Position numbers and translations under genes: made by a program. Below the pieces are notes generated by a model. That model did no database searches and had not been told where the DNA came from. It saw only the letters and a list, made by a program, of their open reading frames with translations. Positions 32,641 through 43,033 of a DNA stretch of 64,000 nt are shown in pieces. Positions within the stretch are counted from its first letter, which is position 1; each line of letters opens with the position of its first letter. Where the stretch lies: NCBI GenBank assembly GCA_963833425.1, contig CAWHXP010000002.1:224001-288000 (forward strand), written 5' to 3'. This DNA is from an uncultured Methanosarcinaceae archaeon. Lineage in GTDB: Archaea; Halobacteriota; Methanosarcinia; Methanosarcinales; Methanosarcinaceae.

Positions 32641-33231
32641 ATTTTCATCCCCTTCCCTGTTTTTAATTTTGAAGTTTAAGCACTTGAAATCAAAAATCAA
32701 GTGCTAAAGGTATTTTTGTTTTAAGTTATTTTTATACAATTCATGGTTCATGTATCTTTCAAGTATAAAAACTTAGATTCTTAGCTCGATTGCATGAGTC
32801 TTTTCGATTATAAATGCTAAATACATAGTTTTTATAGCAAAAACTATGCATGAACGAAACTCTAAAACAGATATTTTGTCAGGGCTTTTGTTGTAACTTC
32901 TTTAGCATCTACAACGGTTAGATCCATAGTAATGGTAAAAGTAGCGCCAGTAACGGTGTTATGGTAGATGGTGGTACAAGTCCTGGCACCGACTTTAATA
33001 TTCTATCGCACTATTTCAAATACATTATCCAATTTCTGACAAACCAACCAAACTTCATAGAGAAATTAATTCATTTATACTTAACTGGCATCAATATGTA
33101 TTAAATACATTTCTATATTTTAGAATTCTTTTTAGGTACTCACTGAGCATGAAATTCATCTCTGATTCAATTTATTCATATTTCTAGTTTTAAGTACTAT
33201 AAAATTAGTTTTCTATTATTTTTTTATTTAT

Positions 33232-34363
33232 GAGAATTTCGATAACCTCCATGCTCTTGAGCATGGTTGGCTTTAAATTTGTCAATATTTATGTATATTC
33301 ATGAAAACTCTTACTGATTTTGCTCTTAAAGAAGAGTATAAACGTCTTGAATCTGTTGGAGATAAGCTGGCTGAAATTGATTCCTTAATTGATTGGAAAA
33401 ACTTTTCGTATTATTCTTTAGTCTATGTATATTAACAAAACCGTTTCAGGAGGGAGACCTGAAACTGATGTCATTGTGATGTTCAAAATGCTTGTTTTAC
33501 AACAATGGCACAGGCTCTCTGATTTTGAACTTGAGAAACATTGTATAGATCGAATTTTTTTAGGAAATTCCTTGGATTTCTGGAATACATACCTGACAGT
33601 ACTACTGTATAGCTATTTAGGGAGAGAATTATCGAAAATTTCAAAGAAAATATGGGGAAAGTTGCAAAGCCAACTTGATACTCTGGGTTTACAGATAAAG
33701 AGGGAATGATTCAGGATGCTACTTTTATCCATTCAGATCCAGGACATGCGAAAGCAGAGAGATGAGGCAAAAACAAGAAGAAGCAGAGACGGAACATGGA
33801 CAAAAAAGGGAGGTAAGTCTCATTTTGGATATAAGCTTCATAATATAATAGACAGAGATTATGAGCTAATCAGAAGATTCAAAACAACAACTGCGTCAGT
33901 ACATGATTCGTATGTAGATGTGACAGAGGAAAATGAAGTGGTTTATAGGGACAGAGGATACTTTGAGCAAAAACGAAAGGGTATAATGCAACAATGAAAA
34001 GAGCAGTCAAAGGACATACGCTGGGAATAAAGGATATATTCAGAAATAAAAAAATTAGCTCAAAAAGAGTCCCAGTAGAAGGAGTTTATTCAGTAACGAA
34101 AGAAATTTTCAAAGCAGGAAGAGTTTTTGTTACTACTGTTAAAAGAGTAAATCTAAAAATGTTGTGTACGGCTTTTTGTTATAATTTCCATCAATTGAGG
34201 ACACTGAAAATAAAAAAAGTATATTTAAAATAGCGGAAGCTATCTTTAAAATCAAAGAATTGAGGATAAGTAAAGCCAAAAAGAGGAATTAAATAGAGAA
34301 ATTGAGGGGAAGATATGGGAAATTCCTGCTAAGAAATAAAATCCGAAGTTTATCGAAATCCTC
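33232..34363 (+). mobile_element. IS5-family element with frameshifted transposase (from ATG 33301 to ~34233)
   Basis: TIRs GAGAATTTCGATAACCTCC / GAAGTTTATCGAAATCCTC, TTAT direct repeats; GGRP..MFKMLVLQQWH.LSD, DGTWTKKG..FGYKLH and DRGY are in different frames. Confidence 0.9.
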
Positions 34364-35047
34364 TTATGATTGTAGTTTAGTTTAATTAGTTCCAAGTGTC
34401 CCAAATGTTTCAATTGTTCCACGAACTCCCTATGCTCTATGAGTCTTATAAGCTTCATAATAAATAGATCAACAAGCTTTTCTTAATTCAGACTGAAATT
34501 AGGGAATCCAGAGATTTTAGTACAAAAAACGATGTATTTTCTAATTTTTCAGTCGAACTATATATTGTGATATAAAGCAAAAACTCTGCTATATTTATTT
34601 CGTGAAGAATAAAAATAAATGAAAATTAAGTAACTATTCGATCCACACATCGAATCTATTTTTTCTAGGTGAATTAATTTTATTGTGACAAGCTTCTGAA
34701 CTTAGGGTTAATTTCAATTGCTTTATCAGTTCCCCAATTCTCTTTCACAAATTTAAAAACTTGATCGAAAATACTTTCTAATTTATTGAAGCAATTAATA
34801 TAAAAAATGTTTTTTGTAGATTGTTCTTTTTATTGCCTACGAAAGAGTTCTCAACCTTTAATTATTTCACAATATTGTTTTGTCGGCTCTTCCACTCCAG
34901 ATCCTTTCGAAAAGAAGGCTTCTCTGCAAAGGAGTATATGTATGAAAGTGGATGCCAACAGAATATTTTTATTTCCGAAAAACTACTTTTGTTTACCGAA
35001 TTCTAAGTCGGGTATCAATTTTAGATGTAAGTTCGGAGAAGCGAATT

Positions 35048-35305
35048 GTGAGTTGTAAATCTATTACTTTTTGTAACGTTTCACCTGATACTTTTAAGCG
35101 CATGAAGAAAAAGCTTCAGGATGCAGACGTCCAAATACCCCCTGGAAATAAAGGAAAGCTTTCTTGGACTGGAATTGTGGCAGATTTTGAATGGGATGGG
35201 AAGTGCAATCTTACAATCAAAATCATGCAAAAGCCCCTTTTCATCAGTTGTGATATCGCAGCCTATAAAATAAAAAAATTCGTGATACTATGCCATGGTT
35301 CATAA
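35048..35305 (+). CDS. Small Cys-containing hypothetical protein (paralogue 1)
   Basis: Probable GTG start after GGAG SD; aligns with the next ORF (NV.P..F..KKKL..GIVA.F.WDG..NL.I.I..C..C.G). Confidence 0.65.
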   Translation: MSCKSITFCNVSPDTFKRMKKKLQDADVQIPPGNKGKLSWTGIVADFEWDGKCNLTIKIMQKPLFISCDIAAYKIKKFVILCHGS

Positions 35306-35609
35306 GGAAAATATTGGGACTAAGAGCATGAATAGTCGAAAACTGGATACTGAAGGTTGTCAGGGCATTAAGCTTATAAATGTGACTCCTGAGGTGTTTT
35401 CCTGTATAAAGAAGAAACTTATGAGCTACGGGACTGTAGTTTTATTTGGCAATTCCGTAGTGTTTAAAGGAGATGGAATAGTTGCTAACTTTAGCTGGGA
35501 TGGGGAGGCAAATCTGATAATCGAGATCATAGAACGTTCTCTTAATACTTACTGTGGGCAGGTAAGTAGAAAACTGAGGTCTTTGGTGCGTGAATGCCAG
35601 GGGATGTGA
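35295..35609 (+). CDS. Small Cys-containing hypothetical protein (paralogue 2)
   Basis: Tandem paralogue of the previous ORF; alternative start at 35328. Confidence 0.65.
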   Translation: MVHKENIGTKSMNSRKLDTEGCQGIKLINVTPEVFSCIKKKLMSYGTVVLFGNSVVFKGDGIVANFSWDGEANLIIEIIERSLNTYCGQVSRKLRSLVRECQGM

Positions 35610-35709
35610 AAGAAAACCAGACTCTGAAATCACTAACATAAAAATTTGATGACACACTATTATAAAATTTAAGCGCGCTTTTCTACTAATTTAAGCTATT
35701 GAAAGTATT

Positions 35710-37881
35710 TCATTTTTTTTCTCTTTTTATCAAACAGTTGTAGGTATTTCCCACAAGATCAAATCTTCCTGCTTTTTTCAGAGCTTCATACACAAGTTCA
35801 TAATTCCCCGGACTCCTGTAGTGCATAAGAGCCCGTTGCATTGCTTTTTCTTTTTTGTTTCTTGCAACGTACATTTTTTTGCCTGTGAATGGGTCAAGCC
35901 CCGTATAATACATGCAGGTAGCTACGGTCATAGGTGTTGGAGTAAAATCCTGTACATTTTTTGTATAGCCCCCATAGTCCCGCACATATTCTGCCATTTT
36001 GATCATATCTTCAAGGGTGCAGCTAGGATGTCCTGACATCAGATAATTTACGATATACTGTTCTTTGCTATATTTTCTGTTGAGAGCAGCAAATTTATCG
36101 ACAAATTTTTCGTATTTTTCTCTAGCTGGTTTGTTCATAGCATTAGTGACCTTTTTTGAGAAATGTTCCGGTGCGATCCGAAGTTGCCCGCTTATATGGT
36201 GAGCGCAGAGTTCTTCTAGATATTCTTCATCTTCAAGAGCCAAGTCGTAGCGTACTCCGTAGCCTGTAAAGACATTCTTGACTCCTGGAAGTTCGCGTAT
36301 GTGGCGCAGGAGTTTTAGTAACTTTTTGTGGCTAGTATCCAGAGAAGGGCATACTTCGGGGTAAAGACAAGTTTTGTCAAGGCAAGCTCCTTTTTTCATC
36401 CAAACTTTGCACTCCATGCCATACATATTAGCACTTGGACCTCCGACTCCGGTTATAATTCCTTTGAAGTATGGTTTTTCTGTAAGTTTTTTCGCTTCAT
36501 GAAGGATGGACTCGGTGCTGCGGCTTGCAATCATGCGTCCCTGGTGTTGAGTAATGGCGCAAAATGCACAACCTCCAAAGCAGCCCCTGTGCGTTGTCAG
36601 GGATAATTTTATCATTTCAAGGGCGGGGATAGGCTCAGTGTAGAATGGATGAGTTTCGCCAGTAAATGGTAGCTCATATACATGGTCCATTTCAGTGTCT
36701 TTCAGAGGTCTCATAGGCCTATTCTGAATGATAATAGTTTTTGGGTGAGGTTGGATAACACCTTTTCCAATAAAAGGATTCAGTTCCAGAAATTGCATGC
36801 GAAAAGCCTTTGCAAAGGCTACTTTATCTTGAGAAACTTCTGAAAAGGAGGGTATTTCTATATAATCTTTGCAAAATTCGGTTGCTTTCTCATATGCTTC
36901 TCCATCATTTTCTTCAAATGCTATATATTTTTTTTTCGCCTTGTTACCTCTTTCTTTAAGCTCTTTCCAGGCTTTAACTTCCATCTTCCAAACAGTGCCT
37001 GGAATGTTTCTGATCTCCTTGATATCTTCCCCTGCCTGTAACCGTCTTGCAAGCTCTACAATCTGCAGCTCTCCCATACCATAAACAACTAAATCTGCAG
37101 GTGCATCAGCTAGAATGGATTGTCTGACTTTATTCGAGAGGTAATCGTAATGTGCAAAACGTCGCAGGGAAGCCTCAATACCTCCCATTATAATCGGTAC
37201 CTTAGGAAAGGCTTCTTTTATCCTGTTAGAGTAAATAATCACTGCACGATTTGGGCGGAGTCCTGTTTTGCCTCCAGGGGAATAAACGTCCTTATTCCGC
37301 GGTTTTAGACCTGGGGTTAGATTGCTGATCATGGAATCTGTGTTTCCAGCGCTTATGGAAAAGAAAAGCTTTGGCATTCCAAGTTTCTTGAAATCCTCTG
37401 AGTTATCCCATCTTGGCTGGGCAATGATTCCAACTCGGAAACCAGCGTCTTCAAGAACCCTTCCAATAATTGCGGTTCCAAAACTAGAATGGTCAACATA
37501 GGCATCTCCAGTAACGAGGATAATGTCAAGTTCTTTCCAGCCACAGGCTTTTACTTCTTCAGAGCTCATTGGAAGAAATTTTGCTGTAGGTGTACGTGAA
37601 GAAAAATATTTTTCGGACTCGTTTTCTTTTTTTTCCTTTTTTCGAGTTTTATTTTCGGATCCTTTATCAGATTTTTTTTCTATTTTTTCTGGAAATTTGA
37701 TTTTTAGCATTTTTGATTTTATTTTTGGATTCGATCCTGATTTCAAGTCTTCTATTATTTCTACTTCCATAGGGACAAATAATCCTATTTTGCTACAAAA
37801 TCTGATGTTATTCGACTTTTCCACGACATATTTTTTATTTTCTTTCGAAAGTGTATATTTGTCGGCATAATCTGTTTCCAA
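35710..37881 (-). CDS. YgiQ/UPF0313-family radical SAM protein
   Basis: DIILVTGDAYVDH.SFG, GGIEASLRRFAHYDY, RGCFGGCAFC, GGPSANMY, VQDFTPTPMT. Confidence 0.9.
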   Translation of the reverse strand: METDYADKYTLSKENKKYVVEKSNNIRFCSKIGLFVPMEVEIIEDLKSGSNPKIKSKMLKIKFPEKIEKKSDKGSENKTRKKEKKENESEKYFSSRTPTAKFLPMSSEEVKACGWKELDIILVTGDAYVDHSSFGTAIIGRVLEDAGFRVGIIAQPRWDNSEDFKKLGMPKLFFSISAGNTDSMISNLTPGLKPRNKDVYSPGGKTGLRPNRAVIIYSNRIKEAFPKVPIIMGGIEASLRRFAHYDYLSNKVRQSILADAPADLVVYGMGELQIVELARRLQAGEDIKEIRNIPGTVWKMEVKAWKELKERGNKAKKKYIAFEENDGEAYEKATEFCKDYIEIPSFSEVSQDKVAFAKAFRMQFLELNPFIGKGVIQPHPKTIIIQNRPMRPLKDTEMDHVYELPFTGETHPFYTEPIPALEMIKLSLTTHRGCFGGCAFCAITQHQGRMIASRSTESILHEAKKLTEKPYFKGIITGVGGPSANMYGMECKVWMKKGACLDKTCLYPEVCPSLDTSHKKLLKLLRHIRELPGVKNVFTGYGVRYDLALEDEEYLEELCAHHISGQLRIAPEHFSKKVTNAMNKPAREKYEKFVDKFAALNRKYSKEQYIVNYLMSGHPSCTLEDMIKMAEYVRDYGGYTKNVQDFTPTPMTVATCMYYTGLDPFTGKKMYVARNKKEKAMQRALMHYRSPGNYELVYEALKKAGRFDLVGNTYNCLIKREKK

Positions 37882-38074
37882 GCCCCTTATTTCCTTTGAT
37901 TCTCAGGTACACAGATGCCAGAGTTATTTTGTCACTTAAGTTTTTTTAGTGTCATGGCAATTTAATTGCATAACCTAATAATTAGATAGCTCCTTTCATC
38001 ATACCAAAGTTCAAGATTTTATTTAGGTAATTAATGATTAAATTGTTTGGACACTAGGTCTCTCTGAATCTTCT

Positions 38075-38716
38075 TTATGCTTTCATCATCATTTTTAGCA
38101 TGGTGTATGAGGCCATAATCTGGTTGTTTCCGTCTTTGTCCGTAGGAGCTCCATGTCCGGAATATAGGTTCTTCACATCTAGTTTTATTAGTTTTTCAAC
38201 TGATCCAAGCATCTTGTCAGGTTCTGAACCTTCAAAGTCCATCCTTCCGAACCCCCCACTCGTAAATACAGTGTCCCCAGAAAAGAGACTTTTTGAAACT
38301 GGTTCGTAGAGGCAGATGCTCCCCTTTGAATGACCAGGTGTATGAATCACTTCTAGGTATTCCCCATTTCCTATTTCAATTTTGTCTCCTTCTTTATACG
38401 TAATTGTGGGTTTGACAGCAGGTGCACGGTCTCCGAAAAGTATAGATACACTCAAATATTCGTCGTTTACGCCTTCCAGGTCGTCTCTGTGAACTCCGAC
38501 TTTCGCCCCGCTTTTTTCTACAATTGCTGCTGCTGCTGCTGTATGGTCATAATGGCAATGAGTCAGGATAATGAGTTCCAAATTTTTAAGCTGGATATAT
38601 TTTTCCAGTTGTTTAATGATAAGGTCACTATTCATGCCTGCGTCGATCAGAACTTTTCTATTTACTAGGTAAACACTGGAATCGTAGGCTGTGGGGCAAA
38701 TGTACAGAACTTCTAT
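38075..38716 (-). CDS. Metallo-beta-lactamase-fold hydrolase (glyoxalase II-like)
   Basis: THCHYDH, HTPGHS, FSGD, SGHG. The frame extends 27 codons upstream of the tracked ATG (..SVYLV..VLIDAG) to an ATA after a GGAGG SD. Confidence 0.85.
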   Translation of the reverse strand: MEVLYICPTAYDSSVYLVNRKVLIDAGMNSDLIIKQLEKYIQLKNLELIILTHCHYDHTAAAAAIVEKSGAKVGVHRDDLEGVNDEYLSVSILFGDRAPAVKPTITYKEGDKIEIGNGEYLEVIHTPGHSKGSICLYEPVSKSLFSGDTVFTSGGFGRMDFEGSEPDKMLGSVEKLIKLDVKNLYSGHGAPTDKDGNNQIMASYTMLKMMMKA

Positions 38717-39774
38717 TTTTTTTCCTCCTTTATTGTTATTTTACTGTATCCTTTTTCATATCTTTACTCTTTTTTCCTACATTTTTTTTGTATCATTCCC
38801 CATAAGTTTTTTACTTTTAATGCGTAAGTCTAAATTTCTACAATAAAACCCTGTTCGCATTTTCAGTCTCTAATTTTGTGATCTCTATAGTTCTCATATC
38901 CTTAATTTGCGCTACTATATGAATCGAATCAATTGTAAATACATGTTGTTTCTGTTTTTGCGTGAAGAAAAATAGAAAATGCTGATTTCAAGAAGCAGTT
39001 TTCAAGTGGCAATTCTGCTGCAAGAAGCTGACGATGTCTAAAAAATATACAAGATTTGTCGGAAAACTGTGATGTCTTATATCCACTATTACTTGAATTG
39101 TCTCAATAGAGCAGACTGTGGCAACGATAAATAACTGTATCCATATGATCTAAAAAGTTTCAGAACTTACGCTTCATCCAACTTAATGTGTATCCTTAAT
39201 GGGATTTCCAATGTATTTTTGAATGTCTGTCACTTTTGTGAACTAATTTGTTTGCCTCCAAAGCTCATCATTTTTTTGCATTCCTGGAAGTTTAGGCCTG
39301 CATCTCCGATGCTTACTTTATTTCCTGAGTTAGCTTCAATTTGGGCAAGAATCGGATTCATTTCTTCATATAGCCTTTAATGTCTATATAACGAATTAGG
39401 TTAAATGTGAAATAAATTGGTTCCTAATCTTTCACAAGTCAAAGGTTCATGCTGTTGTCCGTCAGGAAAATTTCTGAATTGATCTTTTCTACAATTTCCA
39501 TTTTCCTGGCTCAAAAATAGTCTCTTCTCGATTGCGGTTGAATTTAAGAAAATCAAGGTGACAGCGAGAAGCACTATACTTGACAAAGCATGGATCTGTC
39601 TTTATTCCATCTCATTTTATTTTACTTTTTACACAATTTTGAAATACAAACCTGAAAAAGAATAGGTACAGTCATATATCCAATTTTTTTGTCTTTCTGA
39701 CTGTTCCTTGAACTATGCTTCGATCTTAACTATGAGCTAAACGTTTTCTAGCTTTTTAGTCAATTTTGGAAATT

Positions 39775-41316
39775 TTAGCTCTTTTCTTTATTTTTGTAGA
39801 GCAAATTCATTGCATTCACGAGGGCTTCTACAGAAGCCATAACTATATCTGGATTTGCAGATCTAGCAGTTACAATTCTGCCTTTTTCGTTTTCAAGACC
39901 TATATATACGTCTGCAAGGGCATCTGCTCCTCCAGTGATGGCATCGATTCTGAACTCCTGAAGTTTGAAGTGGTTATTCTCTCCCAGGATATCTCTTACC
40001 GCATTGAGGGCGGCATCTACAGGGCCAACCCCTACTCTTGCAGCAATGACTTCTTTGCCTTCGATGTCTGCTTTGACAACAGCAGTGGGCGTAAGGATAT
40101 TTCCGGTCATCACGGATACTTCTTTAAGCTTGATAAGTTCTTCTTCGGAGCTTGCTTTCCCGAGTACTGCAGAAGCAACAGCATAAAGGTCAACATCTGT
40201 GATCTGTTTGCCCTTATTTGCAATCTCCTTGATCCTGTACACTATTTCATCGAGTTGCTTATCATTGGTTATTATTCCTGCAGATTCAAGGGACTGTTTA
40301 ACTGCATGTTTGCCTGTATGTTTTCCAAGAACAATACGTCTTCTGTGACCTACCATTTCCGGAGTCATTATTCCAGGCTCGAAAGTATCGGATTTCTCAA
40401 GCACTCCCTGGCTGTGGATCCCAGACTCGTGGGAAAAAGCATTTTGGCCTACTACAGGAGTGTTTGGAGGAAGCCTGATTCCAGTATAGTTTTCAATCAT
40501 TTTTGAAGTTTCCACAAGGTATTCGGTCTTAATGTTTGTTTTTATCCCATAAATTGCCTTAAGACTCATAACTGTCTGTGGAAGGTCGGCATTTCCGGCT
40601 CTCTCTCCTATGCCATTTATAGTGACCTGGACCTGAGATGCTCCGGCTTCGACAGCCATGAGGCTGTTTGCTACCGCAAGTCCAAAATCGTTATGGCAAT
40701 GCACATCTATAGGAATTGTTATTTCAGTTGCAATGTCTTTTATCTGCCTGTACATTGCCGACGGGACCATAATGCCAACAGTATCTGGCACGTTGATTAT
40801 ATCGCATCCTGCTTCTTGGACCGCCTTGAAGACATCTATGAGATACTCTGGATCAGTCCTAGTTGCGTCCATTGCAGAAAACATGCACTCCAGACCATGG
40901 TCTTTGATATACTGGACAGCTTCCACAGCCAGTTGGATAACTTCTTCCTGGCTTTTTTTGATAGTGTATGTCCTTTGAACGTCTGACGTGGGGACGAAAG
41001 TATGCACAAGGCCAACATCGCTTTCGAAACATGCATTTATATCTTTCTTCAACACACGAGCAAGTCCACAAATTACAGCACCCAGCCCGGCATTAGAGAT
41101 CGATTTTATAGATTCCTTGTCGCTTTCTGAAGAGACTGGGAATCCCGCTTCTATTATGTCTACCCCGAGTTTGTCAAGTTGTTGGGCAATTTCCAGCTTC
41201 TGAGCAGAATTCAGGGATACTCCAGGAGTTTGTTCTCCGTCGCGCAGTGTAGTGTCAAAAATAGTTACCGTTTTATTCTGTAGGGATTCGATGTAAAAAT
41301 CGATCCCTTCTTTCAG
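39775..41316 (-). CDS. leuA: 2-isopropylmalate synthase (LeuA/CimA family); start site atypical
   Basis: The frame is open 87 codons upstream of the tracked start and includes IFDTTLRDGEQTPG and IEAGFP; also HCHNDFG, GIGERAGNA, HESGIH and a C-terminal regulatory domain (GVGPVDA). Citramalate synthase is not excluded. Confidence 0.85.
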   Translation of the reverse strand: MKEGIDFYIESLQNKTVTIFDTTLRDGEQTPGVSLNSAQKLEIAQQLDKLGVDIIEAGFPVSSESDKESIKSISNAGLGAVICGLARVLKKDINACFESDVGLVHTFVPTSDVQRTYTIKKSQEEVIQLAVEAVQYIKDHGLECMFSAMDATRTDPEYLIDVFKAVQEAGCDIINVPDTVGIMVPSAMYRQIKDIATEITIPIDVHCHNDFGLAVANSLMAVEAGASQVQVTINGIGERAGNADLPQTVMSLKAIYGIKTNIKTEYLVETSKMIENYTGIRLPPNTPVVGQNAFSHESGIHSQGVLEKSDTFEPGIMTPEMVGHRRRIVLGKHTGKHAVKQSLESAGIITNDKQLDEIVYRIKEIANKGKQITDVDLYAVASAVLGKASSEEELIKLKEVSVMTGNILTPTAVVKADIEGKEVIAARVGVGPVDAALNAVRDILGENNHFKLQEFRIDAITGGADALADVYIGLENEKGRIVTARSANPDIVMASVEALVNAMNLLYKNKEKS

Positions 41317-41329
41317 TTCTTACATTCAT
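41273..41329 (-). CDS. 18-codon leader ORF (MNVRTERRDRFLHRIPTE) overlapping the 5' end of leuA
   Basis: ATG at 41329 after AGTGAT, ~30 nt downstream of a TATA box; the leuA frame is +1 relative to it. Confidence 0.6.
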   Translation of the reverse strand: MNVRTERRDRFLHRIPTE

Positions 41330-41359
41330 GGTAATCACTACATGGATGCACATTCCTGG

Positions 41360-41367
41360 TATATAAA
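41360..41367 (-). promoter_or_regulatory. Candidate TATA box (TTTATATA) of the leuA transcript
   Basis: Matches the archaeal TATA consensus; predicts a TSS near 41335-41337. Confidence 0.55.
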
Positions 41368-41998
41368 TATCATGTGTGTTTGCGAATTTTTTGACAATTC
41401 CGTTTTTCGCTCTTTACTTCAGTGGTTGAAACCCAAACTTGGCAGAACATACTATTTATAACGCATAAATGGGCTTTAAGGTTCAGTTTCCTCACATATT
41501 TCAAAGTTTCATATTGCACAAAGTTTCTTATTGCATTTTTTGATTTTTGACATTTTCCATTTTTCTGAAAGATTATGTGTCAACAAAACGCATTTTTAGC
41601 AAGAAAACATTGTACTAATCATGGTATATGTCAAGTTCAGGGATAGGAAAAATTTAATGATATTTTGATTCCACATATTGTTTTATTTAAGTCCTTCTGC
41701 AGTATTTTTGATTATTTCCTTTGATTCTTGATTTATGTCGGGTTGACATCGATTGTTAATCATTCGAAGACTTGTGAAAAAAACGATTCTTTAGTTTACA
41801 CTGGAAATCGATCATATTGATCTCTATTTAGGCAAATTTAAAGTTTTATCTATAAGATTAATAAGTAACGGATTCAGAGCTTATTGATATAATCAATAAT
41901 TAAATCGCTAGTACATTAGTTCTATTTGAAGAATGTTGGCTGTGTTAGCTCCTAAAGTTCTCCTAAAGAGCCTAAACGGTTATATTTAACGCTTTTAT

Positions 41999-42110
41999 GG
42001 CTCACGCGCTCAATATGCACAATTAAACACAATATGGGTTGTGGCTAAACTGATTTTTTAGACAATTGAATGTTTGTTGCGATTGGTTTTTCTGCTTATC
42101 TGTGTAAGTC
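41999..42110. mobile_element. Diverged inverted copy of the 1517-1627 MITE
   Basis: GGCTCACGC..GTTGTGGCTAAACTGATTTTTTAGACAATT..TGTGTAAGTC resembles the reverse complement of 1517-1627. Confidence 0.45.
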
Positions 42111-42505
42111 ACAAATATTTAAGTTCCAGTTAGGGTTATTCAGTTAAGTCGTTGATAAAAATGGCATTAAATATAACTTGAGATTAATGCAATTGAATCG
42201 GGAAGTAGGAATAATAAGAATCAATCACCTAAATGTCAATAATTCTCGAGAGATTATAGGATTTTATTTTATCCTAACTGCTTGGTTCTAATTAATTGTA
42301 AATTTGTGGGCATCGGGAATTTGCGAAGAACAAAGCCCTTAAACAATAATTGAAGCAGCCGCCAGTTTTGAATCTAACTCGCATAATAATAATAAAAAGT
42401 ATTCATAAATTTAAACTAATAATGCATACTTTTAATCCATGTATATTCTTCACTGTTGTTTATATTCTACAAGCTTTAAAGCTTGTTGATGTGTCAATTG
42501 ACTAG

Positions 42506-42554
42506 AAAACTATAAATATAGCATCTCTTGTTATGTCATATTTTGATATATCAA
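42506..42554 (+). promoter_or_regulatory. BRE/TATA (GAAAAC-TATAAATA) and palindrome TTGATATATCAA upstream of padR
   Basis: Perfect 12-bp palindrome at 42543-42554, at the expected TSS. Confidence 0.5.
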
Positions 42555-42579
42555 CTTTCGAGATGTTGAGGCTCGAATT

Positions 42580-43029
42580 ATGCAAAACAAAATGTGTACA
42601 GAGATCAGGCGGGTTTTTCTCAAGTATATAGTTCTGAAGATTATTAAGGAGAAGCCTACCCATGGCTATGATATAATAAAGATCATCAAGCTCCGCTCGA
42701 AAGGGTGCTGGACTCCAAGTACAGGTTCTATCTATCCAATACTGGAAAGCCTAGAGTCAAACGGCTTAATCCAGAGTAAAGAGATAGAGGAGCGCCGCAA
42801 GAAGGTGTACTCAATCACCTATACAGGAATAGTGGCGCTGGATCACATGACACAGAAGAGGTTGGAGCTCCTGGATGAAATGTCTCAGATCATCAATATT
42901 ATGACTGAAGGTAATGACAGTAGCGATGCTGGTGGTAAAGTCGGCAATAACCATAGCTCGGATCAGCAGCCTGAAAAAGCACACAATGGCAATTCTCAGA
43001 CTCTACAAACAGATGATGATAGAAGGTAA
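42580..43029 (+). CDS. PadR-family transcriptional regulator
   Basis: [36 protein letters not shown]. Confidence 0.9.
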   Translation: MQNKMCTEIRRVFLKYIVLKIIKEKPTHGYDIIKIIKLRSKGCWTPSTGSIYPILESLESNGLIQSKEIEERRKKVYSITYTGIVALDHMTQKRLELLDEMSQIINIMTEGNDSSDAGGKVGNNHSSDQQPEKAHNGNSQTLQTDDDRR

Positions 43030-43033
43030 CAGG

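Noticed and set aside
32860..33058. Minus-strand amber-containing mini-ORF or PKD-like fragment
   Set aside because: No SD and no coherent product; most likely debris.
39150..39610. Minus-strand remnant of a secreted protein downstream of leuA
   Set aside because: Stop at codon 3 and multiple frame breaks; family not identifiable.
42914..43033. 40-codon N-terminal extension of the MFS overlapping padR
   Set aside because: Better explained by the TTG start at 43034; the extension has no transporter features.
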